This document shows, piece after piece, positions 11,760 through 24,033 of a stretch of DNA of 64,000 nt. Under the pieces are notes generated by a model. That model saw only the letters and a program-made list of their open reading frames with translations, was not told the DNA's origin and did no database searches. Made by a program: the position numbers and the translations under genes. Source of the stretch: Mobula hypostoma (Eukaryota). The first letter of the stretch is position 1; every line of letters starts with the position of its first letter. The stretch covers positions 191,022,001 to 191,086,000 of the forward strand of contig NC_086101.1 of the NCBI RefSeq assembly GCF_963921235.1. The letters run 5' to 3'.

Positions 11760-12340
11760 CTAAAGATGAGTCAATGTCCACGCAGTTGTTTGTATCATGG
11801 TCCTCAGTCAATCAACTACTTTTAGAAAGTAAGATCATATATTTTGGGTATATACCTCAAGAATGGTTGAAAAGAGATAAATATTTAATGAGAATACTGC
11901 TGGTGGCTGGTGAAAAGACTCTCACCAGGAAATGTTTATCACAGGAGCGCCCAGCTTTAAACGTATGGATACAAAATACAGTCGACATTTACAAAATGAA
12001 GAAGATAACAACATCTGTTAATCATAAGTTGGAACAATTTGATTCATACTGGGAAAAATGGTTTAACTACATAACACCTCATAGGCCTGATTTTATTCTC
12101 ACGTCAATGAATATGTTGTTAAAAAAAATCACTCCCTACCCTGTACATAGTTTTCTCCTTTTGATTGTTCTTTCTTTCCTCTCCTTTCTATAAGTGTATA
12201 CCTCAGATAAATATTATGTGGAGATCTGTGACAAATATGACTATATGATAAATATGTACAGTATCTGAAATACATGTTATGGAAGGTTTAGTTTGATGAT
12301 GAACTTCAAAAAAAAATAAATTACAAAAGAAAAGAAATAT
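11760..12340 (+). mobile_element. L1-clade LINE 3' end
   Basis: ILLVAGEKTLTRK.L...P.LNVWIQ...IYKMKKIT...FDSYWEKW, typical of the L1 ORF2 C-terminus, followed by an A-rich tail at about 12308-12340. Confidence 0.7.
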
Positions 12341-12599
12341 TCAACAAAAACACAGACCATCATATTGACAGAGGTCAGAAGGACAAATACTAGGGATCCT
12401 TTCAGGGGCTGAAGAGCTGAATTGACCAGAGCCAAAGGGCAAAAGTTAATCCTGTGGCCAACAGGATGGGTTGTGAATGTCCCGGTATCTAGAGGATTAG
12501 AGGAGAATTTCCCAACTCGTTGTGAAATGGAAACTCTCGCAATTACTTCTGTTCTCCTTTCTAGAATTTCACACTGTAAACTTGCTATTATTCGTAAAT

Positions 12600-12800
12600 T
12601 AGTGTGTGTGTATGTGTATATACACATGTGTGCATCCATATATGTGTGTGTTTATGTACATGTCTGCATATGTGTGTTTATACATTTGTGCTTTTGCATG
12701 CTAACATTAATAGTGCAGCTACAAGTATTTGTTTGTGCACATGCAGGCATGTGTATGTGCGTGTGTGTGTGTGTGGTATACATCTTTGTGTGTCCATGTT
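12600..12800. repeat. degenerate (TG/TA)-rich low-complexity tract
   Basis: Alternating purine-pyrimidine GTGTGT/ATGTGC runs. A similar tract lies at about 13440-13620. Confidence 0.8.
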
Positions 12801-12879
12801 CCTTTTTCCGAAGATGACAATGGCTAATATGAGAGGGCAGCATTTTAAGTTGATTCCACAAAAGTATAGGGAGATTTAA

Positions 12880-13315
12880 GAAACCCTCAGCAACACACAG
12901 AAAACACTGAAGGAACTCAGCAGGTCAGGCAGCATCTATGGACAGGAATAAACAATCAATGTTTCAAGCTGAGATCTTCATGAGGACTGGAAAGGAAGGG
13001 GGAAAATACCAGAATAAAAAAGTGGACAGAGGTGAAAGAGGATAACTAGAAGGTGATAGGTGAAGCCTGGTGGATAGGAAAGGTAAAGGGCAGGAGAGGA
13101 ACGAATCTGATAGGAGAGGAGCTTGGACCATAGGAGAAGGAGAAGGAGAAGGAGAAGGAGAAGGGGCACCAGGGGGAGGTGATAGCTTGGCGAGAAAAGG
13201 TAAGAGGCCAGAGTGGTTAATAGAAGAGGGGAGGGGTAGGGAATTTTTTTAACCAGAAGAAGAAATCGATATTCATGTCATCAGGTTGGAGATTACCAAG
13301 ACGGAAAATAAGGTA
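12880..13315 (-). mobile_element. Penelope-like element 3' remnant with terminal repeat
   Basis: Reverse complement of the LIFRLG...MNIDF end plus the GATGCTGCCTGACCTGCTGAGTTCC unit. Internal (GGAGAA)n at about 13135-13165. Confidence 0.6.
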
Positions 13316-14052
13316 AAAAAAACTCTTGTATAGGCACATAGATAATACAAAAATGGACAGCCAAGTGAGAGGGAACTGTTAGATTGATCTTGGAATCATG
13401 AGTCAAAGGGCCTATGCTGTGCTGTACTTTCTATGTTTTATGTTCTATGTGTGCACATGCTTGCAAATGCAAGCATTGTGTGTGTAAGCAGTTATCTCTG
13501 TAATTCACTGCAATTAAATGTGTCTGAATTTGTGAACTTGGTGGTCTGTGTGGGGCATGTATACTTTGGCAATAATATATTCTTCTGTCTTCACTACTGC
13601 AGTTGTGTGCACACCTATGTCTACCCACAGGTTTTTTCTCAATCCTTCCTCTCACACCCCATCAGCTCTCATACTCCTTCTTAAAGCCCTTCCACCCTCT
13701 GCCCCTCTTCCCTCACCTCCCCCTCTCTTTGCTACGCTACACCCCTGCCCCGCGTGAAATAAATGTGTCCAAATTTCTGTCCCTGGGTATTTATGAAGAT
13801 GTTTATCAGAGGAGAATACACGCTCATTCACTGTGGATGCTGGTATGGAGAATCAGTATTGCAGAGTAGCTCTTTTACAGGATGGAATTTGTACGTCAGA
13901 CCAGCCACCACCAACGTTCCCTTTATACAGCTGTGTGGATCAACCATTGCTCTGAGCAGGAAGTCTCTTCCTTGCCTCAAAACTGCATATTTTTGTAATA
14001 TGTATACTATGTATATTTAGAATGAAAATTGAAAAATCAAATACCTTTTAAT

Positions 14053-14062
14053 TTTATTTATT
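14053..14062 (-). terminator. putative polyadenylation signal of the Ig-receptor gene
   Basis: Overlapping AATAAATAAA on the minus strand followed by a GT/T-rich stretch. It lies at the end of an AT-rich, repeat-free segment about 530 nt after the stop codon. Confidence 0.45.
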
Positions 14063-14585
14063 AATTGAAGAGTAGTACAACAAAGAAAATATTTCATATT
14101 TCATAAACTTTTAAATTTAGACAATATCGACATTCAAAAGGCTGATAGTTTATTAACAATGTGATACAGACTTCCATTCTGTGTTTATTGTTACAATTTG
14201 TAACAGTATTGTAACTTGAAACACTGACAATGTAAATATGTTTCAAAGTAAAGGTTGTGGTACATTTATTATTTAGAAAATTTATGGATTATATTTACTA
14301 ACAAAATTAATTACACATTTATATTAACATAGATTTCAAAATTATATTAACATTAACATCATGAAAAAGAAAAATTCAGCAGTGTGGCAACAAAGGCTAC
14401 ACATACGAGAGCACCTAAGTCACGGTGCAGCCACACACCCATGCAGCTTGGAGGGAACAGCAGACCCCATACAACAAATGATTGCTGCTCAGATCAGCAT
14501 AAGCACTCAGTTGCAGAGAAGTTGGGGCAGGAGAAGTTCCTGTGTGTGAAGGGAGAAAAATGGGTTCTCGGTCTCCAACAGTGGA

Positions 14586-14601
14586 TTAGTCTGGATCATC
14601 T
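14586..14601 (-). CDS. Siglec-15-like receptor, exon 5 (cytoplasmic tail and stop)
   Basis: Acceptor TTTTATCCACAG|A GAT GAT CCA GAC TAA. Phase 2 matches the TM exon end (AG|), giving R-D-D-P-D-stop. Unique UTR-like sequence follows. Confidence 0.55.
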
Positions 14602-14909
14602 CTGTGGATAAAATAAGACCAATTAAAATCAGTTTCAGTTATTGTATGAGGAAGATACATTTCCCATTTATTGACATTTTAGAAATATTCCTGCACTCCG
14701 CCATCGGATTTCTGAATCCATGAACAGTGACGCACTGTCTACTCTCTTTTTGGACTACCTATTTATTTACTTTTCATATATTTCTTATTGTAACTTTTTG
14801 TATTTTTAATGTATTGCACGGTACTGCTGCCACAAAACAATAAATTTCACATGTCAGTGATAAACCAGATTTCCACTCCGATTCACAGAATTACAGAACA
14901 GTTCCAGTA

Positions 14910-15740
14910 TAGTCATAGTCATAGTCATACTTTATTGATCCCGGGGGAAATTGGTTTTCGTTACAGTTGCACCATAAATAATTAAATGGTAATAAAACCA
15001 TAAATAATTAAATAGTAAAATGTAAATTAAGCCAGGAAATAAGTCCAGGACCAGCCTATTGGCTCAGGGTGTCTGACCCTCCAAGGGAGGAGTTGTAAAG
15101 TTTGATGGCCACAGGCAGGAATGACTTCCTATGACGCTCAGTGTTGCATCTCGGTGGAATGAGTCTCTGGCTGAATGTAGTCCTGTGCCCAACCAGTACA
15201 TTATGTAGTGGATGGGAGACATTGTCCAAGATGGCATGCAACTTGGACAGCATTCTCTTTTCAGACACCACCATCAGAGAGTCGAGTTCCATCCCCACAA
15301 CATCACTGGCCTTACGAATGAGTTTGTTGATTCTGTTGGTGTCTGCTACCCTCAGCCTGCTGCCCCAGCACACAACATTTAACATTATCGCACTGGCCAC
15401 CACAGACTCGTAGAACATCCTCAGCATCGTCCGGCAGATGATAAAGGACATCAGTCTCTTCAGGAAATAGAGACGGCTCTGACCCTTCTTGTAGACAGCC
15501 TCAGTGTTCTTTGCCCAGTCCAGCTTATTGTCAATTCGTATCCCCAAGTATTTGTAATCCTCCACCATGTCCACACTGACCCCCTGGATGGAAACAGGGG
15601 TCACCGGTGCCTTAGCTCTCCTCAGGTCTACCGCCAACTCCTTAATCTTTTTCACATTAAGCTGCAGATAATTCTGCTCACACTACGTGACAAAGTTTCT
15701 TACCGTAGCCCTGTACTCAGCCTCACCTCCCTTGCTGATG
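14910..15740 (-). mobile_element. Rex1 LINE (young family), 5'-truncated
   Basis: ORF 15056-15655 and a (CTATGA)n tail. Confidence 0.9.
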
Positions 15741-15829
15741 ATAGAAGGATGCTTTAAGCACTTTATAGTTTGTCCACCCTGTCTCCCCTCACACATTCTC
15801 TATTTCCAACGCAGGGACGTTTCTTATTG

Positions 15830-16530
15830 AATGTGGGCCAGTATATCACAGAAACCAGCCTTCCCTCCATGGATTCTGCCTACACTTCCCACTGCCTCAT
15901 GAAAACATCCAACATAATCAGAGACCAGTCCCATCACACCTATTCTCCTTCCTCTCCCCTTCTTTCAGTCCAAAAGAGTCAAAAGCCTGAAAGCACATGC
16001 CAGTATCTCAGGGACAGCTTCTGCCCCACTGTTGTCAGACTCTTGAACTGACCTCCTCTATGACCATCTTATGAGCTCTCAATCCAGCACATCATGGTCC
16101 TGTCACTGTATCCGTCCACCTGCACTGTGCTTTCTCTGTAACTGTGACACAATGTTCTACACTCTTATATTTAATAGTTCTACCTCAATGTACTTGTGTG
16201 TGGAGAGAGCTCTCTGGATAGCACACAAGCATTTCACTGTATCTTGGTACACTTGACAATAATGTATCTATTACTCACTTTCAAGGATGCTACAACTCCT
16301 GCCCTCGGTATTATGTACAAACATACTTACTTATTCATTATTGTTATTTCATTACTTATTATTGCATTTGCAGAGTTTGTCTTCTTTTGCACATTGGCTG
16401 TTTGTAGTTTTTCATTGACTCCATTGTATTTGCTTATTCTATTGTGAATATCTATTGTAATTCTATTGAGTTTTGCAGCTACTGTGAATGCCCACAAGAA
16501 AATGAATCTCTGTGTAGCATAAGGCAATAT
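15830..16530 (+). mobile_element. Rex1/Babar-type LINE 3' remnants
   Basis: LPSMDSAYTSHC..KTSNIIRDQSH...DSFCPTVVRLLN and family 3' UTR pieces. Confidence 0.6.
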
Positions 16531-16532
16531 AT

Positions 16533-16895
16533 TTGTTTGTTTGTTCAGTATGTGCCATCTTGTATGACATGGGCAATCTTAGTCTTTCCGTGACCGTGAT
16601 TGTCCTTGGCAAATTTTTCTATGGAACTGGTCTTCCATTGCCTTCTTCTGGGCAGTGTCTTTACAAGATGGGTGACCCAGCCATTTTCAATACTCTGCCT
16701 GGCATCAGTGATCACATAACCAGGACTGGTGATATGCACCAGCTGCTCATACGACCATCCACCACCTGCTCCCATAGTCTCACATGACCCTGAATGGGGG
16801 CTAAGCAGGTGCTACACCCTGCCCAAAGGTGACCTGCAGGCTAACAGAGGGCAGGAGCACCTTACACCTCCTTTGGTAGAGATGTATCTCCACCC
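16533..16895 (-). mobile_element. RTE-tailed SINE-like element (Bov-A/Sauria-SINE-like 3' end)
   Basis: GAAGGCAATGG...AAATTTGCCAAGGACAATC...(AAAC)n on the minus strand. Second copy at 49075-49450 and a plus-strand partial copy at 36280-36365. Confidence 0.55.
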
Positions 16896-17159
16896 AGCTA
16901 CTCAGAAAGTAACATATACATACTTCGGTAATAAATGTACTTTGAACTTTGGGTCCACCAGTGCCCTTGACCTTTATGGGTTTGAGTGATGCTGCCAAAG
17001 GCATAGGTTGTCTGTCAGTCTTTGTGTGCAGTATTTCATTGAATATGTTGTATTTCTATGTTCTGCTGTGAATGCTTGCAGGAAAATTAATTCAGAATAG
17101 TATATAGTGACATTAACGTACTTTGATAACAAATGCCTTTGAACTTCATTACTAATAAC

Positions 17160-17370
17160 GGAGACACCAGAGGGTCTGCAGATGCTGGAAATCTTGAGCA
17201 ACACTCACACAATACTGGAAGAACTCAACAGGTCAGGCAGCATCAAAAGAGGGAAATGAACTGTCTCAGGCTGAGACCCTTCATCTGGACTGGCAAGGAA
17301 GGGGGCGGAAGCCAGAATGAAAATGCAGAGAAGTGGAAGGAACGCAAGCTAGCAGGTAATAGATTAGCTC
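17160..17370 (-). mobile_element. Penelope-associated terminal repeat
   Basis: Reverse complement contains CCAGTCCAGATGAAGGGTCTCAGCC...GATGCTGCCTGACCTG...CCAGCATCTGCAG. Confidence 0.6.
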
Positions 17371-17384
17371 AATTAGAGTCATAG

Positions 17385-17900
17385 AAAAGAACAGCACAGA
17401 AACATGCTCTTTGCCCACCTAGTCAGTGCTGCAGTGCTGAACGATTTAAACTGTCCAGTCCCATCGAACTGCAGCAGAACCATAGCCCCCCATATCACTA
17501 CCACCTACCTATGTACCTATCCAAACTTCTCTTAAAAGTTGAAATCAAACTCATAGGCAGCACTTGTGCAAGCAACTCATACCACACCCTCACAATCCTC
17601 TGAGTGAAGAAGCCTCCCCTCATGTTCATCTTAAATTTTTTGCCTTTCTCCCTTAATGCTTGGCCTCCAGTTGTTGTCCCACCCAACATCAGTGGAAAAA
17701 GCCTGCTTGCATCTACCCTATCTATACCCTCGTAATTTTGTACATCTCTATCAAATCTCCTCTCATTTTCCTGTGTTCCAAGGAATAAAGTCCTAACCTA
17801 GTCAATCTTTCCATATAGCTCATCTCTTTAGCCAGAGATAACCTGAGGCAACATCCTTGTAAATTTTCTCTGTACTCTTTCAGCCTTATTTACCATAAGA
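17385..17900 (-). mobile_element. CR1 LINE 3' end
   Basis: Minus ORF ...KFKMNMRGGFFTQRIVRVWYEL...FKRSLDRY. Confidence 0.8.
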
Positions 17901-17904
17901 CTAA

Positions 17905-19118
17905 AAGATATGGGAACAGAATTAGGCCATTTTGCCCATTGGGTCTGTTTTGCCATTTCATCATGGCTGATCCAATTTTCCTCTCAGCCCAGCCCCAGTC
18001 TCTTGTCTTCCTCCGTATCTCATAATTCCCTGATCAATCAAAAATCTATCAATCTCTCCCTTAAAGATACATAAAGACTTGGCCTCCAGAGAATACCACA
18101 GATTCGCCACTTTCAGATTTGCCAGAAATTCCTCCTCATCTCCGTACTAAAAGGACTCCCCTCTATTGTGAGCACGTGGCCAAGTGGTTAAGGCATTGGA
18201 CTAGGGATCTGAAGGTCGTGAGTTCGAGCCCCAGCCGATGCAACATGTGTTGTGTCCTTGAGCAAGGCACTTAATCACACATTGCTCTGCGACGACACTG
18301 GTGCCAAGCTGTATGGGTCCTAATGCCCTTCCCTTGGACAACATTGGTGTCGTAGAGAGGGGAGACTTGCAGCATGGGCAACTGCTGGTCTTCCATACAA
18401 CCTTGCCCAGGCCTGCGCCCTGGAGAGTGAAGGCTTTCCAGGCGCAGATCCATGGTCTCACAAGACTAACGGATGCCTTTACTTTACTATTGTGAGGCTA
18501 TGTCTTCTGGTCTTAGACTCTCCAACATTCGGAAACAACCTCTCCACATCCACTCTATCAAGGCCTTTCACCATTCAATAGGTTTCAATTAGGTCACTGC
18601 TCACTCTTCTGAATTCCAGTGAATAAAGGCCCAGAGCCATCAAACATTCTTCATATGACAAGCCATTCAATCCTGCAATCATTTTTGTGAACCTCCTTTG
18701 AATCCTCTACAGTTTCAGCACATCATTTCTAAGAGAAGGAGCCCAAAACTGCTCACAATACTCCATGGGGCCTCACCAGTGCTTTATAAAGTTTCAACAT
18801 TGCATCCTTGCTTTTATATTCTAGTCCTCTTGAAATGGATGCTAACATTGCATTTGCCTTCCTCACCACAGACTCAACCTGAAAATTAACCTTGAGAGAA
18901 TCCTGCACAAGGACTCTTCCCTTTGCACCTCAGTTTTCTGTATTTTCTCTCCATTTAGAAAACAGTCAACCCATGACCATACACTTCCTGACACTGTATT
19001 CCATTTGCCATTTCTTTGCCCATTCTCCTAATCTGTCTAAGTCCTTCTGTAGCCTCTCTACTTCCTCAAATTGACCTACCTCTCCACCTACCTTCATATC
19101 ATCTGCAAACTTTGCAAC
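17905..19118 (-). mobile_element. CR1 LINE (host of the SINE and LTR insertions; continues at 24034-24210)
   Basis: VAKFADDMKVGG...LQKDLDRLGEWAKKWQMEY. The sequence continues seamlessly on the far side of the LTR element (GVRQGSVLEPILFTLYIND). Confidence 0.85.
18173..18486 (+). mobile_element. tRNA-derived SINE with RTE-like (TTTAC)n tail
   Basis: Pol III A box TGGCCAAGTGG, B box GTTCGAGCC, central TGTGTCCTTGAGCAAGGCACTTAA, and a 10-bp TSD CTATTGTGAG (18163-18172 and 18487-18496). Near-identical copy at 34780-35090. Confidence 0.9.
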
Positions 19119-19965
19119 TGTGATAAAATACCAAATTATCAGAAGATTGATGCCGATAAGAGAGTTATGAGAGAGACAAATGGGAGAAACATTCAAAATG
19201 CTAATCAGAGAGAGACGAGAGAGATTACCGAAAAGAGACACAGTTCCAAGTATTGTTTAGACTGGTTGCTTTGAACCTGAACTGTTTGAAGTTTGATGGA
19301 CAGGCGATACTCCAGCAGGAGGATAAAAGGAACAGGTTCGCTAAGGCAAGGAACACACACCATGACACCACGAGATAACGAGACCCTGGAAGAGCGGTGT
19401 GCCCCCACAAGTTGGTGAGAGTTTTGGAGGTCTGGTCACGGGACCAACCATAGACGCACAGGGTGAGAAGGTACGATCGGCGGGAACCTGGTGTGTGTGT
19501 CCGCCCTCGCCTGGGGGCCGGGTTCACCGTAGAAGAACGATTGTATCCGGAACGGAGGGGTCACAGTCGGTGACCTCAGAAGACATTACAAAGGGCTCGC
19601 CCAAAAGCTAACTGCGAGGAATATCAAAGGTCTGTTGAATCCGATTTGAATATCATCATTCGCTCTCTCTCTCTCTCCCCCAAACGGCACAACAACGATT
19701 ACTGCGAACTGAACTGAACTGAACTCTGTGTCACTTGAGTCTGATCATTTTACCCTAGATTGGGATAGAGCTTGATTGATCCTATAATCCTAGTTCTGTG
19801 TACATGTGTGTTTTATCATTGCTAACCCGTTGCATTTATATCCTTACGTTTAGAGTACTGTGTTACTTATTTCTTTAATAAAACTTTCTTAGTTCCAGTA
19901 ATCCAGACTCCAACTAAGTGGTCCATTTCTGCTGGTTTGGCAACCCAGTTACGGGGTACGTAACA
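19119..19965 (+). repeat. 5' LTR
   Basis: TGTGATAAAATACC...GGGGTACGTAACA, a direct repeat of 23186-24033. Confidence 0.95.
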
Positions 19966-19969
19966 TAAG

Positions 19970-19987
19970 TGGGGGCTCGTCCGGGAT
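19970..19987 (+). other. primer-binding site complementary to tRNA-Pro
   Basis: TGGGGGCTCGTCCGGGAT, 4 nt after the 5' LTR. It is the same 18-mer as the well-known tRNA-Pro PBS. Confidence 0.9.
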
Positions 19988-20063
19988 TTTGAACGCTAAA
20001 TTTGGGACTGGGTAAATTGATTGGGTTAAAATTCCCGACAGAAAGAAAAGGCAAACAGCAGAA

Positions 20064-21200
20064 ATGGAGATTGAGGAATTTCTAAAGGCGCCAACCTTGG
20101 AGGCATTAGAGGATGCCAGGAAAGTAGAATTGGCAGCTGTGGCCAAACGGTTGAATCTTTTTAAGGGGAAGTCGACCATGAGGAGAGAAGAGATGCACAG
20201 AGCTATCATAGAACATTATGTGTCTAAAGGTGTGTTTCCCCAAGGGGAGCTGGAGGTGATATCTATTGAAAAACCTGGTGGAGACGCAGTACAGGTGCAG
20301 CTTGAAAAATTGAGACTCGAGCATGAGTTCTGGGTAAGACAGCTAGAACACGAAGAGAAACAGTTAGAACAACAACGAGAAGAGAGGCAGTTGGAGCGAG
20401 AAGAGAAACAGAGGGAAAGGGAATTTGAGCTGGAGAGGTTAAAGATAAGGGCCGAGCAGGGGCTCGTGCCGAACCAAGGTGGAGGGTTCAGGGTGACCCA
20501 GGAGGTTAGGCTGGTTCCCCCATTTGACGAGACCGATGTTGATCGGTACTTTCTCCATTTTGAAAAAGTTGCTGCAAGTCAGGACTGGCCAAGGGATAAG
20601 TGGGCTGTTTTGCTTCAGAGTGTACTTAAAGGAAAAGTCCAACAAGCTTACTCGGCTTTGTCCGCAGAAGATGCCCAGAAGTATGAGGTGGTGAAAGAGG
20701 CCATACTCAGGATTTATGAGTTGGTCCCGGAGGCAAACCGGCAGAGGTTCTGGAATGCGAGGAAGCAGTGGGACCGCACGTATTTAGAGTTTGCCCATGA
20801 GATGCAGATATATTGTGAGCGTTGGTGCGCCTCGAAGGGGGTAAATGGGGATTATGACAGACTGCTACAGCTGATCCTGATTGAGCAGTTTAAAGGTTGT
20901 GTCCCTGAAGGTATGAGACCCTACCTCGATGAGAAAGAGGCAGACACTTTAGCCGCAACTGCTAAGTTAGCGGATGAATACGCGTTGACACATAAAACGA
21001 AGTTTACCCGGAGTAAAGGCTACCAGAAGGGTAGTCAAGACGGCGGGGAGAGTCCGCCAGAAAAGTCATAAAGTAAGCTGGGGACTAGTGAGAAGGATAA
21101 GGTAGACCGGGAGCAGTTTGGTAGGAAGTCTCCTGGGGTTGTATGCTATAATTGTGGGAAAGTCGGACACTTTGCGTCCAGGTGCTTTGCCCCAAAGAAG
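20064..21200 (+). pseudogene. gag: Gypsy gag (coiled coil, SCAN-like domain, CCHC knuckle) with premature stop
   Basis: 335-aa ORF (FEKVAASQDWPRDKWAVLLQSVLKGK...YEVVKEAILRIYELVPEA.RQRF). After the TAA at about 21069 the frame continues to CYNCGKVGHFASRC. Confidence 0.85.
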
Positions 21201-21339
21201 GAGACAGGAAAAGGGAAAACAGCGGTTCTGACTGGCTGTATTGAGCTGGTAAGCAAACCGCTAGGAGAGAAGAGGTCTGATAAAGTTCAGGAAGGGCGCG
21301 AGAGGTTTATCTCGGCCGGATTGGTGTCGGTGAAGGAGG

Positions 21340-23010
21340 GGTTAAACCCAGTTCCAGGACGGATCTGGAGCTTGTCAGTCATTGATATTAAAGAGTGTGT
21401 TAGACTTTAGTTCAGAGACCCAAACTGGGAAAGTCAGGGTCATAAAAGGCGTTGGGAAAGGGACTGAGGCAGTACCTTTGCACCAGATACACCTAAAAAG
21501 TGACTTGGTCTCCGGACCGGTCACGATCGGGGTGAGGCCCGAACTACCGATGAAAGATGTGGAGGTCTTACTCGGTAATGACCTCGCCGGCGGAAATGTA
21601 GTAAAACTGACAAGCTAGCCTGCCAGCATTGAGGCCTCGCCCATGGACTCACAGGTTTATCCCATTTGCGCAGTGACTCAACGTGTGTCCAGAAAGGCTG
21701 CCGAAGTAATTGTAGAATTGGCTGAGACGTTTCTACCAGCCTTGTACCAGGGGGAGGTAGAAAGTGAAAAGAAGGAGCATAGTAGAACAGGAGGAAGTGT
21801 GGGAGCTGAGGCAGACTTAACATTAGCCACGAAGGAATTTGTACAGGCACAGGAGCGAGACGAGGAGCTGATGGTTTCGGCGGACACAGCTCTCTCTGAC
21901 GCAGAATTAAAAAGGGAGCCAGTAGGCTATTGTGTGGAGGAGGGAGTGCTAAGGAAGAAATGGAGACCAAGTACCGTGTCCACAGATGAGGAATGGGGGG
22001 TGGTGCCAAAAATTTATGGGGATGAGATTCTTAACCTGGCCCACAAGATACCCCTCGGTGGACATTTTGGGGGGAGGAAAACAGTCGGCGGAATCATGAA
22101 AGAGTTTTACTGGCTGCACAGGAGGAAGGATGATATTGACTATTGTAGACGTGAGTTAACACAGTTAGAGGCTATTAACATGTTAAAAGCTCACCATGAT
22201 CAGAAAACAGATCTAGCTGGTGATATCATGAAAATTAATGAGGCTAGGGTGCCACCTGATAAAGGGAGGACCCATTTTGAAAAGATAAGTGTGGTGCTGA
22301 CCAGATGGGAGAACTCTATTGTGTTGACCAACTTTGCTGATGAGTTCTCTCACTTAATCCCTAAACAAAGCGACCCGTTACAAGAGCTAATTAAACGGCA
22401 CGCACACATATGTCCGAATGTCCCGAAGTGATGCAAAGAGCTGGGACATGGTGTTGCTGTCACATCAGGTCAGCCTAGTGAGCAACATCCCTATAGAATG
22501 ATTAATTCAGTGACAAAAGGGCTAAAGAACACAGAAGTGTAGATTGGGGATGTAGTGGTCTGGAGTGACACGTGGGAGGAGCACATTGTGGCAGTAGAGG
22601 AGTTGTTTAAACGGCTGTCCGAAGCCAACCAGACAGTGAACCTCGCAAAAAGTGAATTCGGCCACGCAAAAATCACTTATCTGGGATTTGTGGTAAGACA
22701 GGGGCAGCTGGCACCGATGCAAGTTAAGGTGAAGACTATCTCTGACGTCCCAACCCCGACAGACAAGAGAGCCCTGAGAAGGTTCTTGGAGATGGTGGGG
22801 TACTATAGGAAGTTTTGCAAGAACTTTGCGGATATTACCCACCCTCTTACTAAGCTCTTGCCAAAGAATGCTATATTGGTATGGGACGACCCTTGTTATC
22901 TTGGTCTGGGACGAAAACCACTGAGAAGTTACACTCATCACAACTCATTAGTGTTTTTGGCCACTATGAAGTTTGCTAAGTTGGAGCCTGGTCTTAGAGG
23001 ATTATCAAAA
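21340..23010 (+). pseudogene. pol: Gypsy pol remnants: protease, integrase zinc finger, RT palm/thumb
   Basis: VEVLLGNDLAGG (protease C-terminus; DTG motif frameshifted), ILNLAHKIPLGGHFGGRKT...FYW (integrase H2C2), then *IGDVVVWSDTWEEH...VNLAKSEFG...YLGFVV...LRRFLEMVGYYRKF (RT with YIDD destroyed). Integrase core and RNase H are missing. Confidence 0.8.
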
Positions 23011-23185
23011 TAACACATATAAAAGGAACGGCAAATGTGATTGCTAACTGTCTGTCAAGGTGTTGTCAACTTAAAATTCTCTGCATTAGCCAAATAGCTG
23101 ATGAACATGTATATTTGTGTGTATCTAATAGTGTATTCATGCCTATAATTTTTACCCCAGTAAAAATCCTTGAAGGATAGAGGTA

Positions 23186-24033
23186 TGTGACAAAATACCA
23201 AGTTATCAGAAGATTGATGCCGATAAGAGAGATAAGAGAGAGACAAATGGGGGAAGCATTCAAAATGCTAATCAGAGAGAGGTGAGAGAGATTAACGAAA
23301 AGAGACACAGTTCTGAGTATTGTTTACACTGATTGCTTTGAACCTGAACTGTTTGAAGTTTGATGGACAGGCGATACCCCAGCAGGGGGATAAAAGGAGC
23401 AGGTTCGCTAAGGCAAGGAACACACACCACAACACCACGAGATAATGAGACCCTGGAAAAGTGGTGTGCCCCCACAAGCTGGTGGGATTTTTGGAGGTCT
23501 GGTCGCAGGACCAACCATAGACGCACAGAGGGAGACGGTACAGTCGGCGGGAACCTGGTGTGTGTGTGTCCACCCTTGCCTGGGGGCCGGGTTCACCGCA
23601 GAAGAACGATTGTATCCAGAACGGAGGGGTCACAGTCGGTGACCTCAGAAGACATTACAAAAGACTAGCCCGAAAGCTAACTGCGAGGAATATCAAAGGT
23701 CTGTTGAATCTGATTTGAATATCATCATTCGCTCTCTCTCTCTCCCCCAAACAGCACAACAGCGATTACTGCGAAATGAACTGAACTGAACTCTGTGTCA
23801 CTTGAGACTGATCATTTTACCCCTAGACTGCGATAGAGCTTGATTGATCCTATTATCCTAGTTCTGTGTACATGTGTGTTTTATCATTGCTAACCCGTTG
23901 CATTTATATCCTTACATTTAGAGTACTGTGTTACTTATTTCTTTAATAAAACTTTCTTAGTTCCAGTAATCCAGACTCCAACTAAGTGGTCCATTTCTGC
24001 TGGTTTGGCAACCCAGTTACGGGGTACGTAACA
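23186..24033 (+). repeat. 3' LTR
   Basis: TGTGACAAAATACC...GGGGTACGTAACA, preceded by the purine tract GAAGGATAGAGGTA. Confidence 0.95.

Larger units (their letters stand above)
19119..24033 (+). mobile_element. Gmr1-like Ty3/Gypsy LTR retrotransposon, internally deleted
   Basis: Two LTRs of about 847 bp (TG...CA), PBS, PPT, gag with SCAN-like and CCHC motifs, protease remnant, integrase H2C2 upstream of an RT fragment, and a 4-bp TSD CAAC/CAAT. Confidence 0.93.

Noticed and set aside
12277-12879. ORFs of 69-131 aa rich in V/C/Y/H/T
   Set aside because: They are translations of TG-rich low-complexity sequence.
13760-13945. Plus-strand Tyr-motif-like peptides (GIYEDV; PLYSCV) suggesting an inhibitory-receptor tail exon
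   Set aside because: They are on the opposite strand to the receptor gene, no plus-strand Ig or TM exons were found, and splice support is weak.
18173-18235. tRNA gene (also about 34780-34845)
   Set aside because: A and B boxes are present, but the sequence continues into a SINE body and tail with a TSD, and there is no complete cloverleaf or terminator.
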